Shown: in pieces, positions 35,723-47,530 of the stretch
How the letters are laid out: the number at the start of each line of letters is the position of its first letter
Numbering within the stretch: the stretch's first letter is position 1
Origin: Eledone cirrhosa
Taxonomy: Eukaryota
Direction of reading: 5' to 3'
Length of the DNA stretch: 64,000 nt
NCBI GenBank assembly: GCA_964016885.1
Contig: OZ024741.1
Location: 174,282,001-174,346,000, forward strand
Position numbers and translations under genes: made by a program
The notes under the pieces: generated by a model
Databases searched by the model: none
What the model saw: the letters and a program-made list of their open reading frames with translations, nothing else
What the model was told of the DNA's origin: nothing

Positions 35723-38671
35723 CCTTATATGGGAAGATTGTAGTTGTCAAGAGGATCGGTTAAAATTTGTTGTAAACACAAATAAGTCTATCATGGCATT
35801 TGGTGGGAGGTAGGGGTGGCTGAACTTGCCTGTAGAACAATAGGGGAGTGAGTGGAGCGGTCAAGTATTGAAAGTGATATGTATACAGCAGATTCTAAGG
35901 ATAGTGTATGAACTGGAGGAGGGAGGTTGTAGAATAGGTAAATCAAATGAGAGTAGGAGACAATAAAATATAATAGAAAGAAATAAAAAATATATATAAA
36001 ATTAGAAAGTGAGAAATGAATAAAAAAAAGTCCTTCGAAAACAGCATTTGTAATGTTTCCTCCGAGCATAAGTTACACGGACGGCGTCCTCCCGTGTAAG
36101 AGTTAGCTCTGGACAGTAAGCTCCAAGTGAGATTGTAGGTTATATTATTATCTTGGAGGTCCCAGATATGGCCCGAAAGTGTAGTGGCATGTCGCCGGAC
36201 CGGGTTTCGGAAAGTATGTCAGTGTTGGTAGAGCCGGGCTTTGAAGTCACACACGGTTAATCCTATATAAGCTTTGTTGGAGGTGTCCGTCCTCATGTTG
36301 CACTGGTAGATCACGTTACGTTCTCAGTATTTGTTGTTGAGGGGGCACGTAGATCTATCAGGGCAGTTACATCCCCTAGACCCAGACTCCCTACTTCACA
36401 CTGAAGGACCATAAATCCGACTTCGACCGCAAACCATCCATTAGGCTTATAAACCTAACGAAGTCGGACATAGGGAGAATCAGTAAAAAGATCCTAGACC
36501 GAGTTATACCAAAAGTTAAGCAAAACGTGAGACTTAGCCTATAGGTCAGCACCCAGGAAGTAATCTCATGGTTCAGGAATATGGAGGACAAACGAGACAC
36601 AAAATTCATCCAGTTTGACATAGAGAGTTACTATGCATCTATTACCTTACCGCTCCTTACGGCCACCTTGGACTTTGCCGAAACACTCACACCCATCACT
36701 GACCAGGAAAGAAATATTCTCCACGCCAGGAAAACAGTCCTACTTTTCGACAACTCTAAGGGTATAAAGAGAGCTCCCGACTCCCCCTTCGACGTCAGTA
36801 TGGGCGCGACGGATTCGGCCGAGGTCACAGATCTTATAGGATTATTCCGAAATGTTTCCTGCATTCGGCGGTGGATTGTACCGGGATGATGGGCTCCTCA
36901 CCCTCAATGGGTACAACCCCAGTAGTACAGACCGGGTCCGTAAACAACTAATCAACTTTTTCCGGGATTGGGGATTTAAAATCACCCTACAAACGTCCCT
37001 AACCCGAGTCAATTTCCTGGACGTTATCCTTAACCTCGAAAATGATCTGTACTACCCATACAGGAAACCAAACGACAACCTGCACTACATCCACTACCGC
37101 TCTAACCATCCTAGAAACATCACCAATAACCTGGTTAAAAACATCTCCCTCGCATATCTCGTTTGTCCGCTAATGTGCAGATATTCGACGAACACGCACC
37201 TCATTACAACCAGGCCCTCAAGCGGAGTGGTTTCCGGGAGGAAATATCCTTTTATCCAGCTTCCCTTAGCGGAACCAGCAGGCGACACCGCCGCTCATGC
37301 AACGTAACGTGGTTCAATCCTCCCCATAATGCCGAGGTGGCAACACCTATCAGGAAAATCTTCTTTAGACTCCTCGAAAAACACTTCCCACTACAACACC
37401 GCTACCACAACATAATCAACAAAAACACCATCAAACTCTCCTACAGCACCACATCTAACTTCGCAGAAAACATTGTTTCCTCAAACAACAAAAATCTCAA
37501 CCCCTATGGAAGAAATAACCTAGACATCAGTGGAGAGCCGACCAGGAGGTGTAACTGCCCTGATAGATCTACGTGCCCCCTCAACAACAAATGCCGAGAA
37601 CGTAACGTGATCTACCAGTGCAATGTGAGGACGGACACCTCCAACAAAGCTTATATAGGATTAACCGCGTGTGACTTCAAGACCCAGCTCTACCAACACC
37701 GACATACTTTCCGAAACCCGGTCCGGCGACATGCCACTACACTTTCGGGCCATATCTGGGACCTCCAAGATAATAATATAACCTACAATCTCACTTGGAG
37801 CTTACTGTCCAGAGCTAACTCTTACACGGGAGGAAACCGTCCGTGTAACTTATGCTCGGAGGAAACATTACAAATGCTGTTTTCGAAGGACCAACTCCTA
37901 AACAAGAAAGACGAACTGGTAACCACATTCAAACACAGATTGCGTAGGACTTACCTCGCCCTTAAACCCCATAACGACCCGGGTGGGTAGACAAGGGCTG
38001 ATACCCCCCCACACACACACTTGCCGAATAAGTTAGGGGAAAGCCCAGCTTACATAGGTAGATGTATCTCTTTTCTTTTCCTCTTTGTCTTCTTCTTCCC
38101 CCTGTCTCATCCTATCACTTCATTCTACCCCCTATTTTCTTCCTCGTTTGCTTTTCCCCTTTCGCCTACCCCGATGCAGCCCACGGGCCTCTGTAGCATC
38201 AGTTCCCCCACCCCTGTAATTTTAAGATAGAATTGGCCGAATACGTTTTACTAACTACTTATAGCAGATGTGTTAAACCCCTTTAATTTGTATCAGTTTT
38301 GTAATTTCTACAAGTTTTTTCTATTCTCAACTTATTAACCTGTAATTATAAGATAGCATTGTGATTTTTTTTATTCATTTCTCACTTTCTAATTTTATAT
38401 ATATTTTTTATTTCTTTCTAGTATCTTTTATTGTCTCCTACTCTCATTTGATTTACCTATTCTATAACCTCCCTCCTCCACTTCATACACTATCCTTAGA
38501 ATCTGCTGTATACATATCACTTTCAATGCTTGACCGCTCCACTCACTCCCCTATTGTTCTACAGCCAAGTTCAGCCACCCCTACCTCCCACCAAATGCCA
38601 TGATAGACTTATTTGTGTTTACAACAAATTTTAACCAATCCTCTTGACAGCTACAATCTTCCCATATAAGG

Positions 38672-38778
38672 AAGTACCCCCTTGACAAGTTCGGCTATTT
38701 ATTCATCAGGCTAAAAATTCTAATTTAGTCCAGAAATAGCCGTCGAAACGGCTTGAGCTCTGCCGTCGGAGTCATACT
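38672..38778 (+). ncRNA. Type I hammerhead, U3-A8 core variant (3' pseudo-LTR)
   Basis: UUGACAA at 38682-38688, GAAA at 38745-38748, GUC triplet at 38765-38767; one stem I mismatch. Confidence 0.7.
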
Positions 38779-38782
38779 TTTT

Positions 38783-38844
<62 letters not shown>

Positions 38845-38850
<6 letters not shown>

Positions 38851-39737
38851 GCGGGCGATATTTGTTCGCAAGATTACTGTCTAGGAAAAAATAACACAGT
38901 AGTTTTATTTTTTAAGATATATTTATCAAACTTGGGTCAGTTTGTCTTCATGACTTGTTCTTTCGATCTCACTCGATAAACCCGCCATTGGCTTTGATGA
39001 CGGCCTCAAGGCGGCTTCGGAACCGGCTACAGGCCTTCGTCACTGTCCCCCGACTTAGGCCCCTAAAGGCACTTGTGATCCAGGCCTTCAGATCGTCTTT
39101 CATATTGCAGCTAGATCTGTTGGTGTCTCGTTCCACTGCGCCCCACACAAAGAAGTCGAGGGGGTTGCAGTCAGGCGAGCTGGGAGGCCAGATGTCAGGT
39201 TAAGTGTGGTCGACGAAGTTCTCTGACAACCAGGCTTGGGTCTTTCGGCTGATATGGCAGGGCGCTGAGTCTTGCTGCCACATGTACGGCCTACCTGCAG
39301 CTACCTGGTCGATCCAGGGCTTTACTACCTCGCTCAGAACGCAGATGTTGCCATCGGTGTCCAGCCTGAGGCCTTCAGGGAAGAAGTGAGGTGGCATGAC
39401 ATCACCTTGACTGCTGACGACACCTAAGACCAATGTTATCGCTGGAAACTTTGTCTGCATGACTCTGGGCACGTCTTTGGATGAGACAGCAAGCCACCTG
39501 TTGTTCTGGGAGTTGATCTTCTGGTCTTATTTGACCTCCTGGCGTGGATTCCAAGAAGAACTCTGTGTCTCTTCCACAAATTTGGAGGTTCAAAATTATT
39601 CATAATCAATTATTCTGAAAATAAATAATGGAAATATAGTCACTGTTTTTTATGAAGACAAGAGTGACAATGGAAGTAAAATAAATTTGCATAAAATTAG
39701 CAGCTGAAAATTGCGAACAAATATTGTCCGCACCCTG
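38845..39737 (-). mobile_element. Internally deleted DD37D (maT) mariner
   Basis: TIRs (C)AGGGTGCGGxCxATATTTGTTCGCAA with TA flanks; WQQDSAPCH...WPPSSPDCNPLDFFVWG. Confidence 0.9.
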
Positions 39738-40269
39738 TATATACACATATATACATATATATATATACATATTATACATATATATATGTAAGCACCAAGC
39801 CCACACTGTAAAGTGGAAATGTAAAAGACATGGCAAAAGGAACCCAGCCCACACTGTAAATGTGTTTGGTATTAGGAAGGGCATCCAGCCGTAGAAAACC
39901 AGCCAGAAACACCCCTATATGAGCGAGACATGGTCATCTGACCCAACTTGCCTCTAAATGGGACCCGTCTTACCCATGCAAGCATGGAAGATAGACATTA
40001 ATTGATAATGATGATGATATATTCTTAGAAAATGTATGAAAATAACTGTAACCACAGTCAATTGCTTTAAATAACAGCTTGGAAAATCAGATAAAATACC
40101 TTGATAAACATAAAAAAATGACCAGCAGCCACTATGAAGAATTGAATTCTGTACCTCTCAAATTCCAGTTAAGCACTCTTTACCATTCAGCTAAACAACC
40201 CTTGACCATTATATACATATATGTGTGTATGTTTGTGTGTGTATATATATAATATATATATATATAATA

Positions 40270-41293
40270 TTATAAAGCTGAGTGTCATGTGTATTATGTA
40301 TGTATCCTACACACCTCCCTATAGTTTCTTAGCTTTACTCTCTCCATCGCTCTTCCCTCTCTCTATAATAGATCATTCCCCCTCTCCATAATTTAACTGC
40401 TTTACTCTCTCTGTCGCTCTTCACTCTCAAATATTATAAAACTGAGTGTCTTCTTTTTCTCTCTGTCCCTCTTTCACCCTCTCTATAATTTAACTGGTTT
40501 ACTCTCTGTCTCTCTTCACTCTCTATATGACAACACTCTTTTACTTTCCGGAGCGTGGTATGTATGTTTATTTCAAAAGGATAACCTCCTTCAAATTCGG
40601 TCAACACACAAGCAGGTAATACATACATCAAAAGGCAACCCTCTGAGAGAGACAGAGAGTGAAAGAGACAGATTAGGAAAACTACACACACACACACACA
40701 TCTAAAGAGAGAGAGGCGATAGAGAGAGAGACAGGGAAAGAGAAACAGAGGGACGGGTAAGAAGGTAATACATACATCTAACATCATTTGGATACAAATA
40801 TCATAATATAATGGTTGCAGAACGAAAATACAGACAAATATAATGTATGTATCCCACACACTTTTTCTGTAGTCGCTCGCATACATAACACACACACAAA
40901 TACACATACTTTCACACCTGATTTCACCCGGCTAGGTATACCTGCCCCCACCACTCCACTGCAAAGATACCACACACCCTCCCGTGTCACATTGTCCTTC
41001 CGACTCTCTCACTCTCACTCTCTCTCACTGAATAACAGTTTAATTGTATCTCTCTCTGTCTAATGGCCTATCTCTCTCTTCTTTCCCCTCCCTTTGTTTT
41101 TCTGTCGTCGCTCGCATAAGTAACACACACACACACACAAATACATATACTTTCTGTCATCGCTCGCATAAGTAACACAGACACACACACATACACACAC
41201 ATAATATAACATCAAAACAAAACACACAGACACACACATGCACATACACACATACACAAACACACATACACAAACACACACACATCTATACTT

Positions 41294-41326
<33 letters not shown>

Positions 41327-41423
41327 GATCATTCCCCCTCTCTATAATTTAACTGCTTTACTCTCTCTGTCGCTCTTCCCTCTCTATATGGCAACACTGT
41401 TTTAGTTTCCGTATCTCCCTTCA

Positions 41424-41468
<45 letters not shown>

Positions 41469-41588
41469 AGAGAGCGAGAGAGAGAGTCGGAAGGAAAATT
41501 TGACACGAGAGGGTGTGTGTGGTATCTTTGCAGTGGAATGGTGGGGGCAGGTATACCTAGCCGGGCGCCAGCCGGACGGGCCAGCTAG
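40270..41588 (+). mobile_element. Non-autonomous Helitron-like element, microsatellite-rich
   Basis: 5' TATAAAGCTG as in the other copies; 3' CCGGGCGCCAGCCGG hairpin then CTAG|T at 41585-41588. Confidence 0.6.
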
Positions 41589-42393
41589 TATATATATATA
41601 TAGAGAGAGAGAGAGAGGGGGGGGGATAGAGAGGGGGGTAGAGAGAGAGGGAGAGAGAGAGAGAAAGGGATATATAAGATGAAGAAATTTAAGACATTTC
41701 ATTTGTATTACACAAATGTTAATAGGAAAAGAGATGAAAAAAAGGAAATGGTGAAAGACTCGCTCAAGCTCTATTATAAGTAATATGTCTATAGGGAATT
41801 TCGCTTTATCCCTTAATTTCTTTCAATTCAGCATCTTCAGAGACTTCATAAAAATATACAAAAATATAGGTAAAAAGACAATTTCAAGAAAATATCTCAA
41901 CAATTTCATGATATCTGGAATATACCATACTCCAAAGAGGCATCATAACTAGACACTAAGTTAAAATAATTGTTTCTACTTTTGACACAAGGCCAGCAAT
42001 TATTCCAGTGCATTACTGGTGCTTTATTTTATCGACCCCGTAAGTATACGTTAACCTCAGTGAGATTTGAACTCAGAACATAAAGGGACGTAACTCTATG
42101 CTGCAAAGCATGACGTTCGACCTTCTATCGATACTGCCAATCCACTGCCTTTTAAGTTTAAATAATAATAATTCTTTCTAATAACAATGCCATTATACTT
42201 AACTGAATGTGAGATTTATAGGAAGCGAGGAGAATGTATATCATAATATATGAATATATGATACTGTATTTTAGAATGACAAGCTTACATAGAATATTAA
42301 ATTAGTTAATTTCTATATACTAAATAAATAATGAGTTTGAAATAATATTAGTATATTCACCTGAACTTTTTTTACCTTTACTTTATATATATA

Positions 42394-43265
42394 CTAGCTA
42401 GCTCATCCGGCTGGCGCCCAGCTAGCTTTACCGGCATTTTATCTTTTCAGGAATCCCCCCCTCACTCCAGTGCAAAGAAACCGCACGCCCTCTCAAGTCA
42501 GCGATGGGGGAGGGGCGTTACGTGCTCTGGTGTTGGGTTTGAATAGTTTTTAGGATTCCCCAGTTTAGCAACCAGTACGTTAAAGAAAATTGATAGTTAC
42601 AACAATAAATGTTGAACAGAGAACAAATTTTTTAACAAACTTTACAATAATTTGTACAACCATAATGAAAATTCCAAGTAACAGAAAATACATAAATTAC
42701 ATTGTTAGAGCCTCAGAGTATACAATATTTTTTGTTCGGCCCTCGGGAGCAAAGATGAAGAGATTAACAATGACAATAAGCCGTCTGTGCTTTCGTATAA
42801 ATATGATTGTTTATATTTTGTTTTTGTGTATGCAAAAATATCTGTACACGAATATATAATTATATATATATATATATTAAAATAATAGATTAAAGTTTAA
42901 GGAAAGAATCGGTGCTTTCACCATTAACGGGATCTTCTGAAACTAAAAAAAATCAATCTGTGAACGCAGAAGTAAATATTTTGAAAAACGTTGCAACCAA
43001 AAGAAAACAGGAAGATGATACTTTCGTTCGTGAAGACGTTAGGAATGTTGTATAACTGGAAGTGTTGACATTTGAAAATTTTAAAGAAGTGACTATTTAA
43101 ATAAACGATAAAATATCTTTAATCTTTTAACAAAATTTAGTAGACAGAAATACCCTCACTTTCTTGGAAAAAGTTACATCTATGGTGCAAATTTGGTGCT
43201 GTTTGGTTCAGGCGTTTGGCGAAAAGTTTGTTGCATACATACGGCCGTCAGCTTAATAGTATAAT
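42394..43265 (-). mobile_element. Non-autonomous Helitron (uninterrupted relative of 23153-25630)
   Basis: Reverse complement of 23155-23540, 25115-25218 and 25436-25630; 3' hairpin and CTAG at 42394. Confidence 0.8.
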
Positions 43266-43750
43266 ATACCTTACACTGTAAAGTTATGTTGGTATCACAA
43301 AAACATCCAGCCCACACTTTAAAGTAGTCTTGTAGGAGTCACAACAAAAAGCACCCAGCACACACTGTAAATGTGGTTGGCATTAGGAAGGGCATCCAGC
43401 CATAGAAATCTAGCCAGAAACAGTCCTATATGAGTGAGACATGGTCACCCGACCCAACTTGTCACTAATGGGACAACCCATCTAACCCATGCTAGCATGG
43501 AAAATGGACATTAAATGATGATGATGATATATGTATATATATCAGAAAGTTATTTGTCTCTAATATATACAGACATCTCAATGAAAAGATAAAATATCAA
43601 CTCAGAGAAGCAATTAAGCATATTAAATTTCGGCCAAAATCTAGATTTGGGGTGATATAAGACAAACTAAAATAAGTCAGTTTTACTCATATACTATTCC
43701 CAACTGCATGTCTGGAATTAAAAAACAATATTAATTATTTCAATAGATTA

Positions 43751-43810
43751 AAGTGGGTATGTTTAGGAAGCTGTACAATGCAAGTACAGCTTCCTAAGTA
43801 TGCCCACTTT
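43751..43810. repeat. Hairpin with ~27 bp arms
   Basis: AAAGTGGGTATGTTTAGGAAGCTGTAC / GTACAGCTTCCTAAGTATGCCCACTTT; the host repeat's 3' end is shared with 8925-8955. Confidence 0.85.
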
Positions 43811-43850
43811 TCACTTTCATATTCCACAATGCTTCAAGCAAACTATTACG

Positions 43851-43888
<38 letters not shown>

Positions 43889-45181
43889 GAAAAGTATAGA
43901 AATTATTGTAGCAAGAAGCCAACAGCATTCCATAATATATAAGTGACTATAGCGTCAAAATGGGAAAATAGTTAACGTAAGATGTGGGAAAAATAATTCA
44001 AACTCAATTAAAAAAGAATCACGATTTATCCAACAGAATTTAGTGAAATCCAGGGAAAAGTCAATAGAGCCTTAACTCACGATAAAATAAAGTCTAAAAT
44101 ACTCATCCTTCAATTTGGAACAACTACAAATGCTCTGTATAGTCTTGAAAAGACTATTTCACGAAAACTTTCAGTGGGGATGGTCACGGTTGGAATTCGA
44201 TCCTCAGCAGAGCTCAACATGATAACCAAAATCTCACTGATTAATATGCCAAAAAGGGAATTTAAAAGCATGCTAGTTTAACATCATGCGTGATTATGAA
44301 AATAAAACGCACAAGTGGAAAAACAGCGCCGGTGACATCAGAATGAGACGAATGTTTGTTTACATGAAACAACAGTCAAAAACATTCCGAAAAAAACTCT
44401 ACAATAAGGAGTTCAGCAAAAAGCAATGGCTGTTGAAAGCTTTCTTTTTAAAAACGTTTTTTTTTAAAAACGTTCTTGCTACAGGTTCTTTCTTTTTCTT
44501 TTTCCTTTTCTTTTTGAAATATGTATGGCGGAGTGTATCCTAAGGCTGTGTCCTACTAATGTTACGCTAAATATCCCCATGATTTGTTTTTTAAAAAAAT
44601 TCCCACAAAACATTATTTATGATGAATGCCGCATACAGCATAATTGCGGGTATGTACCTGACCGATGTAGACTAAGGCGCCTATAGACTAAGGCGCCTAT
44701 GGGCAATGGAGACGTCAAAGTGATACCAGCCGTTCCAGATAACAGCCCCTCTCCCACCACAGTAGTAATTCTGATACATGAAGAAATGTTGATTGACAGG
44801 TGGAGAACGAGAAGAATCAAGAAGTGGGCAACCATGAGTGGCTAGAAATACCAGTGACGTGTACAATTCTTGACCACACATGTAATGACAACAACAGGAT
44901 CTAAATCAACAAACGAAGAAATTCGATGTTAAAGGACAATAGGAAAATATGCTTCGTAGAATCGAGACGTATCCGACGACCGCGCGATTTCAGAGTCAGG
45001 TTTCATCACCATATCGATCGTGCCTCGAGCTGGTCGCTCGAGAAACATTTGTAATATGTCCAATAAATTCCTTTCGTCGTTACACTGATTCTCTTTTTTC
45101 TGTGATATCATACTCTGCACTACGAGGGCATTGAGTGCTCATACGGCCTTCCGCATACGGACGCTTTAAGCATCCAACACC

Positions 45182-45235
<54 letters not shown>

Positions 45236-45414
45236 TAAAATAACAGATTAAAGTTTAAGCAAAGAATCGGCTCTACGGTTCTTATATATCTGATATATGT
45301 ATTATCCTTATCGAGCCCTCTTTGGATTTTAGTCTTCAAATTTATTATTATTACTATATATATATATATATATGTACATATATATATGTCAGTTCCACCA
45401 CTATATATATAACG

Positions 45415-46252
45415 AAGGAGTTGTGGTAAGGAACCAGATGGACCATAACACACCAGAGTACTCAATACTTAGGGTAGTAGAGTGGGTAATAGGAAAATGT
45501 ATGACCCTGATGGCAGAGCTCAAGCCGTTTCGACGGCTATTTCTGGACTAAATTTGAATTTTTAGCGTGGTAAATAAATAGCCGAACTTTTCAAGGGGTA
45601 CTTCCTTATATGGGAAGATTGTAGTTGTCAAGAGGATTGGTCAAAATTTGTTGTAAACACAATTAAGTCTATCATGGCAGTGGGTGGTTGGTGGGGGTGG
45701 CTGAACTTGCCTGTAGAACAATGAGGGAGTGGGTGGAGCTGGTCAAGCATTGAAAGTGTAATCTATACAGCAAATTCTAAGGATTGTGTATGAAAGTAGG
45801 CCAGAGGAAATAGGCGAAAAAGGGTTCTGGAGAAAATAGAGGCGGGACGTTATAGAAGAGGTAAATCAATTGAGATTAGGAAACAATAAAAAAAATAAGA
45901 GAAAGATATATAAAAATATAAAATTGGAGAGTAAGAAGTGATAAAAAAAAAACTGTGGAGTCTAAAACAGCTGCTATAATTAGTTGGTGTTGCTTTTTCG
46001 GCCAATGCTATAGAATAGGTTAATAAGTTGAGAATAGAAGATACTAAATAAGAATTTTTGAAATTATAGAATTGGGTAGTAAAAGTAATACAAAATCTCT
46101 GGGGTCTAACACAGCTGCTATGATTAGTTAGAATTGCCTTTTCGGTCAATGCTATCTTTAATTTACTAGAGCGGGGGTACTGAGGCTACAGAGGCCCAAT
46201 GGGCTGCCTCAGGTAGGCGAAAGGGGAAATAGCCGTTGGGGTCATACATTTT

Positions 46253-46256
<4 letters not shown>
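45415..46256 (-). mobile_element. Solo pseudo-LTR related to the 35530-38786 PLE
   Basis: Colinear with 35535-35910 and rc ~38150-38460; no ORF. Confidence 0.8.
45498..45602 (-). ncRNA. Hammerhead U3-A8 variant, decayed copy
   Basis: Core UUGAAAA retained; G-to-A changes weaken stems I and III. Confidence 0.55.
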
Positions 46257-46300
<44 letters not shown>

Positions 46301-46400
46301 AAACACATGCACCAGTTGCTTTCACTTCAATTTATTATGATAAATTTATAAATTTCTGGCTGGTTGGTTGGTTCCACAACCAGATAGTTGTTTATATATT

Positions 46401-46443
46401 GTCAAAGTTCTTTCGTCACACATTCTGTGACCTCTTCAGTGAC
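46401..46443 (-). ncRNA. Hammerhead-like motif, copy of 27731-27773
   Basis: Exact reverse complement of 27731-27773. Confidence 0.65.
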
Positions 46444-46494
46444 TGGGGATTCTTTTCTTTGTTTTTGTGCCTCTCCTTTGTTCTGTCCTACGCC

Positions 46495-46537
<43 letters not shown>

Positions 46538-47530
46538 GTATGTATATATATATAAATATATATAAATCTTCTCAGGTATCCCTATTTCCCTATATGTATA
46601 CATATACATATATATAAATCTTCTTAGGTATCCCTATGTCCCCAATTGCAAATTTTCTGCTCGCAACTATTGCTGTATTTATCACTTCGCTAGCTACCAC
46701 AACACATTTATTTTGTTACCCTCATTTTCTCTTACCATGCTGCCTCTCTATCTGTCTATTTTTCCATCAAAGGCTACAGGCCATGACTGGCTATTATCCC
46801 GCCGAGGTTGACTTACATCCTTACGGGGTCGATAAAATAAAGTACCAGTAATGCACTGGGTAATTGCTGGCCTTGTACCTAAAGTAGAAACAATTATTAT
46901 TGTAGCTGTATTCATTTCTATTGGTTATCTTGCCATGCTGTATTCTATCGGTTATTTTGATAGCCATAACGGCGACCCTCTCTCTATGATGGCTACCCCC
47001 CCTCTCTTTATGATGGCTACCCTCTCTCTATATCTCTCTCTATCTATCTCTAAGCCACCTATTACCTTCCTTTCCCTCTTCATACATTCCTCCTCACTCA
47101 TCTTGAAGTTATTGAAGAGATAAGACACACTCTACTCTGAAAGGCTAAAATGAATCACTAGAGTTGATTTAGCTACGTTCCAGCCATCCATCCATACAAA
47201 TCTTCTTAGGTATCCCTGTCTATTTTTCCATCAAAGGCTACAGGCCATGACTGGCTATTATTATTATTGTAGCTGTATTCATTTCTATCGGTTATCTTGC
47301 CATGCTGTATTCACTTCTATCGGTTATTTTGATAGCCATGACTGGCTGCCTACCTCACAATTTCCCTCACACCACCATAGCCTATTCGACCAATCAAACC
47401 TCAGCATGCCATTTCTTCTACTACTACTACTACTACCTAACTCTCTCCTCCCCCGTCCCAGCCCAACACACCCTGCCATTATTACCACCACCACTGTTTT
47501 TCTAGCCCTGAAATTTTCCTACCGTTATGT

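Larger units (their letters stand above)
35530..38786 (+). mobile_element. Penelope-like element (Hydra-clade-like) with inverted 5' pseudo-LTR
   Basis: TLKDHK..PSIRLINLTKSDIG, QFDIESYYASI, FDVSMG, GLYRDDGL, NFLDV, WFNPP, CNCPDRSTCPLNNKC, IYQC..YIGLT, CNLC (36380-37990, frameshifted). 35610-36378 is the reverse complement of 3' parts. Confidence 0.9.

Noticed and set aside
41787-41844. Minus-strand GUCU-CUGAAGA...GAAA-UUCCCUA-UA-GAC hammerhead candidate
   Set aside because: Stem I register is off by one and stem II is weak; at most a decayed copy.
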